Shown here: one piece after another, positions 14,597 through 25,138 of the stretch
How positions within the stretch are numbered: position 1 is the stretch's first letter
How the letters are laid out: every line of letters begins with the position of its first letter
DNA from: an uncultured Gemmatimonadales bacterium
GTDB lineage: Bacteria > Gemmatimonadota > Gemmatimonadetes > Gemmatimonadales > GWC2-71-9
Direction: 5' to 3'
Length of the DNA stretch: 64,000 bases
Assembly (NCBI GenBank): GCA_963748815.1
Contig: CAVVKJ010000017.1
Span: forward strand, 32,001 to 96,000
Notes under the pieces: model-generated
What the model was told of the DNA's origin: nothing
Seen by the model: only the letters and a program-made list of their open reading frames with translations
Database searches by the model: none
Program-made: the position numbers and the translations under genes

Positions 14597-16039
14597 GCCG
14601 GGTTCACCTGGACCGTCTTCGTCTCAGTGTAGAACTCGCGGGCGGCGGAGCCCTGTTCCCGGCTGCCGGAACTGGAGCCCTTCATCCCGCCGAACGGCGC
14701 GTGCGGGTCCACGCCCGTCGTGTCGCCGTTGATCCGCACCAGCCCAACGTCGATGCGGTGGATGTACTTCAGGGCCGCGCCGACGTCCTTCGTGAAGAGC
14801 GACGCGCTCAATCCGTATCGTGAATGGTTGGCGATGGCGATGGCCTCATCGAGGCCGCCGGCGCTCGAGACGGCCAGCACCGGCCCGAAGAGCTCCTCCT
14901 GCGCGATCGGCGAGGCCGGGTCGACGCCGCGCACGATGGTCGGGGTCACAAAGTACCCCTTCTTGAAGACCACACCCGTCACTTCGACCCCGCCGCACAC
15001 CACCTCCGCCGTGGTGGCCGCCAGCGCAGCCCAGACGCGCTTCCGGGCGTCGGCACTGATGACCGGGCCAATCGCACAGGCCGGATCGGTCACGGGTCCC
15101 AGCTTGAATCCCTCCACCTGCTCCCGAAGTTTGTCCAGGAATGCGCCCTCGACTTCCGGAAGGACGACGGCCCGGCTGGTGGCAGTGCACTTCTGCCCGG
15201 CAAAGCGCATGGCCCCGGCGGCGGTCAGCTTGGCCGCCAGGTCGAGGTCAGCGTCGGGCATCACGATGACGACGTTCTTGCCGCCCATCTCGGTCTGGTA
15301 GCGGATGTTCCGCTCCGCCGCGATGGCCGCGACCCGGGCGCCGACCGCCGCCGACCCGGTGAAGCTGACGCCCCGGACCTCGGGGGCGCGCAGCAGCGGT
15401 TCCCCAACGCCGGCGCCAGTGCCGAGCAGCACATTGAAGACGCCGGCGGGCAGGCCGGCCGCCTGCGCCGTCTCCGCCAGGAGGAGGGCCATCATCGGGG
15501 ACTGTTCAGAGGGCTTGAGGACGACGGTGTTGCCGAACGCCAGGGCGGGTGCCGCCTTCCAGAGCGGAATCGCGACCGGGAAGTTCCACGGCGTGATCAG
15601 GGCGACGACGCCGAGGGGTTCACGCAGCGTGAACTGGAGGGCGCCGGCCGCCTGCGAGGGCACCACCTCGCCCACCGAGCGGACGGCGTCGCCGGCGTAG
15701 TACCGGAGGATCACGATGCAACGACCGACCTCGCCGCGCGCCTCCCCGATCGGCTTGCCGACCTCGCGCGCCATGGCCTGGGCCATTTCTTCCGCCCGCG
15801 CCTGGATGGCGGCGGCCCACTGGTGCAGGAATTCGGCACGGGCCGGCCCGGTCAGGCTGCGCCAGGCGGGGAGGGCGGCGCTCGCCGCGGCCACCGCCGC
15901 CGCAGTGTCGGCCGCGGTGCCGACCGGCACCTCGGCGATGACATCGCGCTCGTCGGAGGGGTTGAGGTCGGGGAGGACATCCGTGCCGGTGGAGCCGACG
16001 AAGCGCCCCGGCGATGAAATGGGAGAGAGGCTTGCTCAT
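14593..16039 (-). CDS. Aldehyde dehydrogenase, likely alpha-ketoglutaric semialdehyde dehydrogenase (N-terminal frameshifts)
   Basis: ITPWNFP, SFTGS, EMGGKN, GQKCTA, EELFGP; start MSKPLSHFIAG at 16039. Confidence 0.85.
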
Positions 16040-17720
16040 GCGAACTTCTTTCCACGATCTCCAGGATCTCCGCCTCCAGCCGCGCGGCCGCCTCATCCAG
16101 CTTGACGCCATCGGCCATGACGTTCGCGATGGCCGACTTGTCCTTGATGCCGCTCGCGTTGGTGCGCACGTTCAGCCAGGCGCCGCGCACGGCGGCCCGG
16201 GCGCAGAGCGCGCCGACGCCGGCGTCCGAGGCGGAGGCAGGGTTCCCGTGTTCCGCCATCGCCCGGATGAGGTCGAACGACTGGTAGGCGGTCTGCATCA
16301 CCTGCCACGGCACCTGCAGCGCGCCGAGGTTGGCGGCGGCCAGCGCGGCGCTCCGCGCCGACTTCTCCGCATCCGTCCCCTTGGGCATGCCGAGCGCGGT
16401 CATCACCCGCTCGAAGGCGCGGGTGTCGGCGTCGACCAGGCGCAACAACTCCTCCTTGATTTGCTGGCCGGCGTCGGCCCACTTGGAAAACTCTTCCCAC
16501 CGCTCGTCCCACCCCCGCTTGTGGGCGGAGAGGTTGGCCACCATGGTGCCGAGCGAGGCGCCGAGCGCTCCAACCGCCGCGGCGACCGACCCGCCACCCG
16601 GCGCCACCGACTCCGAGGCGGTCTCGTTCGCAAACTCCTCGACGGTCATCCTCACGAGCCGACGATCGGCCTCGTTCCGGAGCCGGTACTCGATGATCCG
16701 CTCCTCCGTCTTGAACGGCCCCAGTTCGTCGAGGCCGAGGGACTTCACGGCAATCTTGATCAGCTCGGCTTCCGAAACTCCGACGGAGCGCTGCTGCTTG
16801 CGGAGGTAGTGGCGGCCGGCGTCGAGGAGCGCGGCCAGCGGCACCAAGCCGACCAGCTCGCTCCCCGTCACCCGGACGCCCCGTGCCTCGGCGGCGCGGC
16901 ACACTTCGTCGAAGGCGGCGTGAATCGAGGTGACCGACAGGTCCACCAGGTTCATCGAGACCTGCGCGACCCCGTACTCGGGGATGAACCACCCGATGGC
17001 CTTGACCGCCTTCAGCGTACCGGGAATCATCACCGGCTGGCCGGCGGCGTCGGTCACGGCCTTGCCTGTGAGCTGGTGCCCTTCGCGCTTTGGCCGCCCC
17101 GCCTCGCGCACATCGAAGGCGATGGCGTTGGCCCGGCGGGTCGAGGTGGTGTTGAGGTTGACGTTGAAGGCCACGAGGAAGTCACGCGCGCCGATGACGG
17201 TGGCACCGCTCTTCGCGTTGAAGGTGGCCGGGCCGAAATCGGGTGTCCACGCCGGTTGCTTCATCTTCTGTTCGAGGCCCTCGTATTCTCCGGCGCGAAT
17301 GATCGAGAGATTCTTCCGAAGCGGATCGGGCTGCGCAGCCTCGTAGGCGTAGACCGGAATCCGGAGCTCCCGGCCAACCCGCTCGGCGAGCTTGCGGGCC
17401 AGGTCCGCCGTCTCCCGCATCGTGATCCCGGAAATCGGTACCAGCGGGCAGACATCCGTCGCGCCCATGCGTGGATGCTCACCGCTGTGGCGCCGCATGT
17501 CGATCAGTTCCGCCGCCTCGGCGATGCCCCGGAACGCCGCCTCGACCACGGCGTCCGGCGTGCCGGCAATGGTCATGACGGTGCGGTTGGTGGCCTTGCC
17601 CGGATCGACATGGAGGAGCGCCGCGCCTTCGACCGATTCGAGGCGGGCGGCGATCCGCCGGATGACCTCGGGGTCACGGCCTTCGGAGAAGTTGGGGACG
17701 CATTCGATCAGGGCGGGCAT
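16036..17720 (-). CDS. ftcD: Glutamate formimidoyltransferase / formiminotetrahydrofolate cyclodeaminase
   Basis: LIECVPNFSEGRD, HPRMGATDVCP, APGGGS. The true stop probably overlaps the ALDH start (ATGA); the longer ORF reflects an indel. Confidence 0.9.
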
Positions 17721-17789
17721 TGAAATTCCGTGGGAATAAGGTAGGCAGCAAATCTACCCAACGCCGTCCTGATGCGCCTCAGCCTCCGA

Positions 17790-17841
17790 CCCCTTGAATT
17801 TCTAGGGGAGCCATTTTATCGTATACCTAGAACTTCTATGG
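17790..17841 (+). promoter_or_regulatory. Putative sigma70 promoter with two palindromic PadR operator sites
   Basis: TTGAAT(17794)-17bp-TATCGT; CCCCTTGAATTTCTAGGGG (17790-17808) and TAGAA-C-TTCTA (17828-17838). Confidence 0.55.
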
Positions 17842-17851
17842 AGACGTCCAG

Positions 17852-18193
17852 ATGGCCGATACTGTGACCCTGCTGCGCGGTGCCCTCGATGCCCTGGTCC
17901 TCAAGGCGCTAACCTGGGGTCCGACCCACGGGTATGGTGTGGCGCGCTGGATCGAGTCGGTGACCGACGACGCCCTCCGCATCGAGGAGGGCTCCCTCTA
18001 CCCCGCCCTGTACCGCATCGAGCGCCGCGGCTGGATCGAGAGTGAGTGGGGGGTCTCCGACACCGGTCGGAAGGCGCGCTTCTATCGCCTAACCCCTGCG
18101 GGTCGGGCGCAGCTCAAGGCCGAGACCCACAACTTCACCAGGTTCGCCAGAGCCATTTTCAAGGCCTTTGATGCGAGCCCCAGTGCCGTCTGA
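17852..18193 (+). CDS. PadR family transcriptional regulator
   Basis: GPTHGYGV, IEEGSLYPALYR, RKARFYRLT. Confidence 0.92.
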   Translation: MADTVTLLRGALDALVLKALTWGPTHGYGVARWIESVTDDALRIEEGSLYPALYRIERRGWIESEWGVSDTGRKARFYRLTPAGRAQLKAETHNFTRFARAIFKAFDASPSAV

Positions 18194-20897
18194 CACGCCT
18201 GGCTTCCGGGGCGCCGGCGGGACCGCATGGCGCCGCCTGCGCCGGCTGTTCGGCAGGGACCCGCTTGCCGAGGTCGACGCCGAGCTTGCGTTCCACCTCG
18301 ACATGCGCGCGGCCGAGCTGGTGGCCCGCGGCCTGACTCCCGAGGCCGCTCGGCGCGCCGCGCTCGAGCGCTTCGGCGATCTCCCTCGCATCCAACACGA
18401 ATGTGGCCGCCTCGCCTCTCGGCGGGAGCGCACCCTTGAACGGATGGAACGCATGATGGACATCTGGCAGGACCTTCGACTGGCCACCCGGTCCCTCCTT
18501 CGTCGCCCGCTCTTCACCGCGACGGCGGCCCTGGCGCTGGCCCTGGGCATCGCCGCCACGCTCTCGATCTGGGCGATGGTCGACACCTACCTCTTCCGGC
18601 CGTTGCCGTTCCCCAACGCCGAGCGACTGGTGGTGGTCGGCCAGGGGGAGTATTCGTCGGTCTCGTATCCGAATTACCTGGATATCCAGGCGCGTCGCGA
18701 CCTCTTCGACGATGCCATGATCTTCGACAACACCGTGCTGAACGTCCGCATCGGGGACGGGGAGCCCACGGTGCTGATGTTCGAATCCACCTCGGGCAAC
18801 TACTTCCCGGTGTTCGGCATCCCGCTCCTCATGGGGCGGGGTTACACCGAGGAGGAATTTGTCGAGCGGGCCCCCGTCGTCGTGCTCACGCATGCGGCCT
18901 GGATGACACGGTTCAATGGCGCCCCGGACATCATCGGTACGGTGGTCCGGTTCAATGGCTCGCCGTTCACGATCATCGGCGTGACGGCCGAGGGATACGA
19001 TGGCATGCGGCAGTACCTCTTGCCGGTGGCCGGCTTCCTCCCGTTGACCTCAGCCATGTCCCTCGACTCCCGCGGCACCGCGGCGCTGGAGGAACGGGAC
19101 CAGAGTTCCTTCCGCGTCGCCGCGCTGCTCAAGCCCGGGGTGACCCTGGGGGCCGCCCGCGCGGGGCTCACCGTGCTCGCGGACCAGATCACGCGCGAGC
19201 ACCCGGAGCTCCCCGCCGACCTGTCATTTCATACCGACTGGGAGACGCGTGCCCGGCCAGACCTCTCCATCGCCGGCGTCGTCCCCTGGGCGGCCGCCGT
19301 CTTCCTGCTGCTCACCGGGCTTGTCCTGATGATCGGGTGCACCAACGTGGCGGGATTGCTGCTCGCACGGGCATCGGCGCGACGCGGAGAGATCGCCGTG
19401 CGCCGCGCGCTTGGCGCCACACCGGGGCGGATGGTGCGTCTGATCTTCACCGAGAGCATGGTCCTGGCTGTGCTTGGCCTCTGCTTCGCGGTGCCGCTCG
19501 TGACGCTGATGCTGCGCTGGTTCACCGGCATCCGCATGGCCACCGACTTCCCGGTTCGTTTCAGCGCCAGCGGGGGATGGAACCTGGCCCTGCCCGCCGT
19601 CGGCCTGGCGGTGCTGGCCGCGGTCTTCACGTCGATCGGGCCGGCGCTGCACGCCCACCGCCTCCCCCTGCAGGAGACCCTCAAGGATGGAGGTCGTGGC
19701 GGCAGCGGCGGCCGGCGCCGCCGCAACGCCCGCACCATCCTGGTCGGGGCGCAGGTTGCGGTCTCCTTCGTCCTCCTCGTCTGTGCGGCGCTCTTTTCCC
19801 GAAGCGTCAAGGCGGCCCAGAACCTGGACCTCGGGTTCCGGCCGGACGGCGTCGCCATGGCGACCACGGACATGGAGATGCTGCGGTACGACCGCGCCCA
19901 CGGGCAGCGGCTCTACCGGGAACTGCTTGACCGCGCCCGGACGCTGCCGGGCGTGGAGTCTGCGGCCCTTGTCCGGGACCTCCCCCTGGGCTACAACACC
20001 AGCTCGCGCGATGTCTTCTTCGATCACGACATCGGCGTCCGGGACAATCGCGTCGATATCATCTACAACATGGTCAGCGCGGGCTACTTCGAAACGATCG
20101 GCTATCGGCTGCTGGAAGGCCGTGACTTTACGGAGCGCGATGACAGCAGCGCCGTGCCCGGGGTCGTGATCAATGCGACCATGGCCGAGCGCTATTGGCC
20201 GGGCGAATCGGCGGTGGGCCGCCGCATCCGGCTTGCACCCGATGGGGAGTGGCTCACCGTGTTCGGGGTCGTCGGGAGCGGGCCGTACGTCTTCACGAAC
20301 GAGGCGTCCCGCGACTATCTCTACCTGCCAATGACACAGCGCTACAGCGAGCGGATGACGCTGATGGTCCGTGCGCCCGGGCACACGGATGAGGCGCTCA
20401 TCGCAATTCGGCGCCTCCTGCACGACCTGGATCCCGACCTCCCGATCGCGGACGTGCGCACCATGAACGCACACCTGCGGGGCGGCCTCGCGTTTCTCTT
20501 TCCCCGGCTCGCCGCGCAGATCGCGATCGTGCTCGGCCTGCTCGGCCTGCTCCAGGCGGTGGTCGGCCTCTACGGCGTGATCGCGTTCAGCGTCGCGGAG
20601 CGGACGCAGGAGATCGGCATCCGGATGGCGATCGGGGCGCGACCCGGCAGCGTGGTGCGCGCGGTGCTCGGCGACGGCCTCCGCCTGACGCTCGCGGGGA
20701 TGGTGGTCGGTGTCGTGGGGGCACTGGGGGTGGCGCAGCTGATGCGCGCGGTGCTGGTCGGGATTGGGGCCACTGACGTCGTTTCCTACCTCGTGGCGGC
20801 GGCGCTCCTGCTCTCGGTGACCATGCTCGCCGCGTGGATTCCCGCGCGTCGGGCGGCGCACCTCGACGTGGTGGCGGCGCTGCGAGGCGGGGAGTAG
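18168..20897 (+). CDS. ADOP-family duplicated ABC permease (MacB/FtsX domains)
   Basis: EVDAELAFHL..RFG N-terminal domain; two MacB_PCD + FtsX repeats (RRGEIAVRRALGA, RTQEIGIRMAIGA). Paired with PadR. Confidence 0.9.
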   Translation: MMRAPVPSDTPGFRGAGGTAWRRLRRLFGRDPLAEVDAELAFHLDMRAAELVARGLTPEAARRAALERFGDLPRIQHECGRLASRRERTLERMERMMDIWQDLRLATRSLLRRPLFTATAALALALGIAATLSIWAMVDTYLFRPLPFPNAERLVVVGQGEYSSVSYPNYLDIQARRDLFDDAMIFDNTVLNVRIGDGEPTVLMFESTSGNYFPVFGIPLLMGRGYTEEEFVERAPVVVLTHAAWMTRFNGAPDIIGTVVRFNGSPFTIIGVTAEGYDGMRQYLLPVAGFLPLTSAMSLDSRGTAALEERDQSSFRVAALLKPGVTLGAARAGLTVLADQITREHPELPADLSFHTDWETRARPDLSIAGVVPWAAAVFLLLTGLVLMIGCTNVAGLLLARASARRGEIAVRRALGATPGRMVRLIFTESMVLAVLGLCFAVPLVTLMLRWFTGIRMATDFPVRFSASGGWNLALPAVGLAVLAAVFTSIGPALHAHRLPLQETLKDGGRGGSGGRRRRNARTILVGAQVAVSFVLLVCAALFSRSVKAAQNLDLGFRPDGVAMATTDMEMLRYDRAHGQRLYRELLDRARTLPGVESAALVRDLPLGYNTSSRDVFFDHDIGVRDNRVDIIYNMVSAGYFETIGYRLLEGRDFTERDDSSAVPGVVINATMAERYWPGESAVGRRIRLAPDGEWLTVFGVVGSGPYVFTNEASRDYLYLPMTQRYSERMTLMVRAPGHTDEALIAIRRLLHDLDPDLPIADVRTMNAHLRGGLAFLFPRLAAQIAIVLGLLGLLQAVVGLYGVIAFSVAERTQEIGIRMAIGARPGSVVRAVLGDGLRLTLAGMVVGVVGALGVAQLMRAVLVGIGATDVVSYLVAAALLLSVTMLAAWIPARRAAHLDVVAALRGGE

Positions 20898-20960
20898 CCC
20901 CCGCCCGGCAGTGATCCCCCCCCGGTGGATTCGGGGGGGGGTTGTGCATTTCGTGAAAAT

Positions 20961-20980
20961 AGGTAAGTTTTTACTTACAT
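20961..20980 (+). promoter_or_regulatory. Palindromic operator upstream of ArsR-SRPBCC operon
   Basis: AT-rich patch AGGTAAGT-TTTT-ACTTACAT containing GTAAGT-N4-ACTTAC. Confidence 0.55.
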
Positions 20981-21040
20981 GTTATCCACCTCCACCGTTC
21001 CCGCCCGCCGGCCGACGGCACCCCCCTCGGGGCCGCTGCC

Positions 21041-21451
21041 ATGACCGTCATGGACGACATGGCCGCCGTGTTCGACGCCCTCGGCAACCCGACCCGACGG
21101 CGGATCCTGGACCTGGTGAAGGCCGGCCCTGGTTGCAGCGTCGGGGCGCTGGCGGCACACTTCGACACCTCGCGCATCGCGGTCATGCACCACCTCAGGC
21201 AGCTGGAGGAGTGCGACCTCATCCTCTCGCGCAAGGAGGGCCGGCTGCGCCGGCTCTACCACAACCCGGTGCCGATCCAGCTGATCCACGACCGGTGGAC
21301 CACCGAGTACAGCGCGTTCTGGGCAAGCAAGATGGCCGACGTCAAGTACGCTGTCGAACAGCGATCCTCAAGGAGAACCGAGCATGGCGGACACGGTGCG
21401 GCTGGTGTCGAAGATCCACATCCAGGGTCGAATCGAGGACGTGTGGCGTGA
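21041..21451 (+). CDS. ArsR/SmtB family regulator (true stop may be earlier)
   Basis: VFDALGNPTRRRIL, SRIAVMHHL, KEGR..YHNPVPIQLIHDRW. Confidence 0.85.
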   Translation: MTVMDDMAAVFDALGNPTRRRILDLVKAGPGCSVGALAAHFDTSRIAVMHHLRQLEECDLILSRKEGRLRRLYHNPVPIQLIHDRWTTEYSAFWASKMADVKYAVEQRSSRRTEHGGHGAAGVEDPHPGSNRGRVA

Positions 21452-21914
21452 AATCACCAAGACGGACGAGCCCCAGCTCGCCTTCTTCGGTGCGCAGATG
21501 TACCGGCTGACGCTCGGCGCCGGTTCGCCGGTCCAGATGCGGACGCCCGACAACAGGTTCACCTCGGTCGTCGGCGAGATTCTCGAGGTGTCGCCGCCGC
21601 ACCGCTTTTCGCACACGATGAAGTTCACCGCGTACGACGACCCGTACTGCAAGGTGACCTACGACCTCAAGGAAGTGGGCGGCGGCGTCGAGTTCACGCT
21701 CACGTCGGAAGACATCCCGGCGGGCAGCAAGACCGAAAAGGACATGCGGCGCGGGGGCGACTTCATCGTCAAGACCCTCAAGCAGATTGTCGAGACCGGC
21801 CGGCCCGCCTTCGGGACACGCGTCCTGTACGGGCTCTTCGGGCTCCTCGCCTTCCTGACGCCGGCGAAGTGCAAGAGCGAACACTGGCCCCTGAAGGAGC
21901 CGTCGAATGCCTGA
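21384..21914 (+). CDS. SRPBCC/AHSA1 domain protein
   Basis: IHIQGRIEDVWREIT, GEILEVSPPHRF, LKQIVETG; follows ArsR gene. Confidence 0.8.
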   Translation: MADTVRLVSKIHIQGRIEDVWREITKTDEPQLAFFGAQMYRLTLGAGSPVQMRTPDNRFTSVVGEILEVSPPHRFSHTMKFTAYDDPYCKVTYDLKEVGGGVEFTLTSEDIPAGSKTEKDMRRGGDFIVKTLKQIVETGRPAFGTRVLYGLFGLLAFLTPAKCKSEHWPLKEPSNA

Positions 21915-22608
21915 GTCGACATCGAGTTCCGAGTCGGGCCGCTGCCTGGCGTTTCGCCGGTGGGCGGTCCCCGCGATCCTGGCGCTCGGGGTCGCCCTCC
22001 CCGTCCGCGCCCAGGAACTGAAGACTCCGGCGGAGTGGCGCTGGCGGCTCGACCGACCGGCGGCGCTCGTCACCGAGCAGGCAGTCGGAGACTCTGCCTG
22101 GCGATTCGTCGCGATGCCCCCGGGATGGCACGTCACCACCGGGCCGGGCGTCGTCCTCTTCGACCCGTCGGAGCGCGCCAGCGGCCGCTACGCGCTCTCC
22201 GCCGACTTCCTGCTCTTCCCCGATCCGAGTGACGCCGGATTCGGGCTCGTCCTCGGCGGGGCCGACCTCGGGCAGGCCGCGGCCCCACTGCTCGGAGTTC
22301 AGCTCCGACGGGATGGCGCCGTGCGGGTCGTGGCTCGCCGGGAGGGCCGGCTGGACGTCCTCGCCGACTGGGCGCTGCACCCCGGGGTCAAGCCGCACCC
22401 GGGGACAGGCGTCGTCGGCAACAAGCTCCGGGTGGATGTGGGGACGGATTCGCTCCGGGTGTTCGTCAACGACTCCGCCGTGACGGCGGTCGGGGCGGCC
22501 GGCCTCGCGACCGATGGGCAGTTCGGCCTGCAGCTCGGCGAGGGCCTCAACATGCACATCACCACGCTGGACGTGACCCGGCATCTTGCTCCCGCCCGCA
22601 CGCCGTGA
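21907..22608 (+). CDS. Exported hypothetical protein (beta-sandwich-like)
   Basis: Signal peptide ending VRA-QE; MPPGWHVTTGP; overlaps the previous gene as in an operon. Confidence 0.6.
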   Translation: MPESTSSSESGRCLAFRRWAVPAILALGVALPVRAQELKTPAEWRWRLDRPAALVTEQAVGDSAWRFVAMPPGWHVTTGPGVVLFDPSERASGRYALSADFLLFPDPSDAGFGLVLGGADLGQAAAPLLGVQLRRDGAVRVVARREGRLDVLADWALHPGVKPHPGTGVVGNKLRVDVGTDSLRVFVNDSAVTAVGAAGLATDGQFGLQLGEGLNMHITTLDVTRHLAPARTP

Positions 22609-22656
22609 GCGGCGCCGGCAACTCTCTCACCCCCAACCAGACCGGAGACCAGCCCC

Positions 22657-23232
22657 ATGGCTGACAACGCCAAGGCCATCGAAACGATGGTCAGGAACAT
22701 CGAGGCCCAGACCGGCAAGACGATGGCTCAGCTCGGCAAGGTGATCGCGACGAGCGGCCTGACGAAGCATGGGGAGATTCGCGCCATGCTCATGGAGAAG
22801 TTCGGGCTGGGGCACGGGCAGGCCAACACGGTGGCGCACCTGGCGCTCAAGAGCGACGGGGAGAGCGCGGCGGCGGCGCGCGGCCTATCGGCCACTGACG
22901 TCCTCGCCGAGATCTACACCGGCAAGAAGGCCGACCTCCGGCCAATCCACGACAAGGTGCTCGAGATACTGAATGGCCTCGGCGATTTCGATGCCGCGCC
23001 GAAGAAGGGGTATGTCAGCTATCGAAGGAAGAAGCAGTTCGTGATGGTGGGGCCGAAGACCAACACGGAAGTGGAGCTGGGATTCGGCGCGAAGAGCCTT
23101 CCTGCCCACCCCCGGCTGAAGGAGATGCCCCCCAACAGCATGTGCAAGTACACCACCCGGGTGAGTTCCGCGGCGGAAGTGGACGGGCAGGTCAAGAAGT
23201 GGATCGAGACATCGTACGCCGAGGCGGGGTGA
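22657..23232 (+). CDS. DUF4287/DUF5655 domain protein
   Basis: NIEAQTGK, KHGE..L..GLGHGQAN, PKKGYVSYRRKKQF. Confidence 0.8.
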   Translation: MADNAKAIETMVRNIEAQTGKTMAQLGKVIATSGLTKHGEIRAMLMEKFGLGHGQANTVAHLALKSDGESAAAARGLSATDVLAEIYTGKKADLRPIHDKVLEILNGLGDFDAAPKKGYVSYRRKKQFVMVGPKTNTEVELGFGAKSLPAHPRLKEMPPNSMCKYTTRVSSAAEVDGQVKKWIETSYAEAG

Positions 23233-23238
23233 TCTGGA

Positions 23239-23670
23239 CTACCGGACCGTTACCCAAATCGTATCTGTGCCCACACCCGGCATGGGCACATGGTCCCCGT
23301 ATGCGAAGCGGGTGATGATTCGGTGGGTGCCTGGAGCAAGGCCCGTGACGCGAAGGGTGTCGGCGCCGCTGCCGATGTGGTACACCCCGTCGGTCTTGGG
23401 GATAGCGGAGTCAGCGGGGGTGAGATCGGCGTCGACGAATAGGTGGTGATGACCTTCGCCCTCGACCCGGATGCCGGTCGCGGGGACGGCCTGGGCGCCG
23501 GTGACGCTCAACTGGACCAATATCTCCGAGGGGACCGTGTCGCCGTCCGCGGGACGCAGGATATGGCTCGCGGCCGGCTCCGTCGCGGGAGCGGGACGGT
23601 CGATGCACGCCGAGAGCGCCAGGATCGCGAGCCAGCCGAGTGAAGTGCGCATGGATGTAAGATGGGCCAT
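23239..23670 (-). CDS. DUF4399 lipoprotein
   Basis: Lipobox LSAC; GHHHLFVD; LAPGTH; GDHVP. Confidence 0.78.
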   Translation of the reverse strand: MAHLTSMRTSLGWLAILALSACIDRPAPATEPAASHILRPADGDTVPSEILVQLSVTGAQAVPATGIRVEGEGHHHLFVDADLTPADSAIPKTDGVYHIGSGADTLRVTGLAPGTHRIITRFAYGDHVPMPGVGTDTIWVTVR

Positions 23671-23763
23671 CAGCCTTCATCGAACAATTGGGAGAATTCG
23701 CCCCCTGGACGACCAGGCGCCACCCCCTCGCCAAACCACTCTCCCCCAAGTATCCATCCAGCC

Positions 23764-25071
23764 ATGCCATCAGCACGCCCGTCGGCTCCCCGCCGCCTCA
23801 CCCTCGCGCTGCTCATTGTTTTCACCACCGCATGCCTAGGCGCCGTGCTCTGGTGGGCCGCCGACAGGATCCACCCGCTTCCTCCCAGCCACCTCGTGAT
23901 GACGACCGGACCGGAGGGAAGCGCATACTACCTCCTCGGGGCCCGGTATCGTGACATCCTGGCGACGCACGGGATTGAGCTCGAACTGCGCCCCTCCGCG
24001 GGCGACGTCGAGAACCTTGCCCGACTCCAGGATGCGGCATCGGGCATCGACGTGGGGTTTGTGCAGGGCGGGCTGACGGATGGCGCCCGATCGCCGGAAT
24101 TGTCGTCGCTGGGGACGGTCATGGTGCAGCCGCTCTGGATCTTCCATCGCGCAGGCGCCGTCCGCACCACCGGCTATTTGTCCGACTTCCAGGCTGCTCG
24201 ACTCTCGGTGGGAGAGGCCGGGAGCGGGACCCGGGCCCTGACGATGATGCTGATCGAGCGCGCGGGCGTGGACACCGATTCCGCGCTGCTGTGGAGTCTC
24301 CCCCCCGACTCGGCGGCCGATGCGCTGCTCGCGGGCCGGATCGACGCGGCGGCGATCTTGACCGCGTGGGAGGCACCGGCCGTCCAGCGGTTGTTGACCG
24401 CCGCGGGCATCGGGCTCCTGCCACTGAGGCGGGTCGAAGCGTTCACCGCCCTCTTTCCCTTCCTGGAGACGGTCGTCCTCCCGGAAGGCGCCGGCGACCT
24501 GGCGACGGACAATCCCCCCGCCGACGTGGCGTTGCTCGCCGACAAGAGCAGCCTGATCATCCGAAACGGCATGCACCCGGCCATCGAGCATGTGCTGCTC
24601 GACGCCGCGGAACGCATTCACGCGACCCCGGGGGTGTTCAATGCCGCGGGGCAATTTCCCGCCCCGGAGGCGATCGACCTGGCGCTCAGTCCCGCGGCGC
24701 GCCACTACTACAAGTCGGGGCGGCCGTTCCTGCAACAACACCTGCCGTTCTGGGTTGCGGCCGTCCTGGAACGACTCCTGGTCCTCCTGCTGCCCCTCCT
24801 GGGGATCATCATCCCGCTGGTGCGCCTGGCACCGCTGCTGGTCGGCGCTGTCGTGCGGCGGCGCGTGTTCGGGCTCTACACCGAGCTTCGGATGCTCGAG
24901 AAGGAACTGCGGACGCTCGGCTCCGAAACCCCGTCGGAGGAGTTCGTGGAGCGCCTCGACCGCCTGGACCGCCGGGCCCACGCGATGCGCCTGCCGATGT
25001 CCTTCATGCCGATGCTGTACACGCTGCGGCACCATATCACGCTGGTCCGGGCGCAGCTGGAAGAGGGGTAG
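23764..25071 (+). CDS. TAXI-family TRAP solute-binding protein with C-terminal TM segment
   Basis: TGPEGSAY, SAGDVENL, FVQGG, GEAGSGT, LPFW. Confidence 0.8.
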   Translation: MPSARPSAPRRLTLALLIVFTTACLGAVLWWAADRIHPLPPSHLVMTTGPEGSAYYLLGARYRDILATHGIELELRPSAGDVENLARLQDAASGIDVGFVQGGLTDGARSPELSSLGTVMVQPLWIFHRAGAVRTTGYLSDFQAARLSVGEAGSGTRALTMMLIERAGVDTDSALLWSLPPDSAADALLAGRIDAAAILTAWEAPAVQRLLTAAGIGLLPLRRVEAFTALFPFLETVVLPEGAGDLATDNPPADVALLADKSSLIIRNGMHPAIEHVLLDAAERIHATPGVFNAAGQFPAPEAIDLALSPAARHYYKSGRPFLQQHLPFWVAAVLERLLVLLLPLLGIIIPLVRLAPLLVGAVVRRRVFGLYTELRMLEKELRTLGSETPSEEFVERLDRLDRRAHAMRLPMSFMPMLYTLRHHITLVRAQLEEG

Positions 25072-25138
25072 GAGGGGGGCGTCACTGGCGCGCTCACTTT
25101 CACACGAAGACGCGACACCCACAGGCGAGGAGTGGCAA

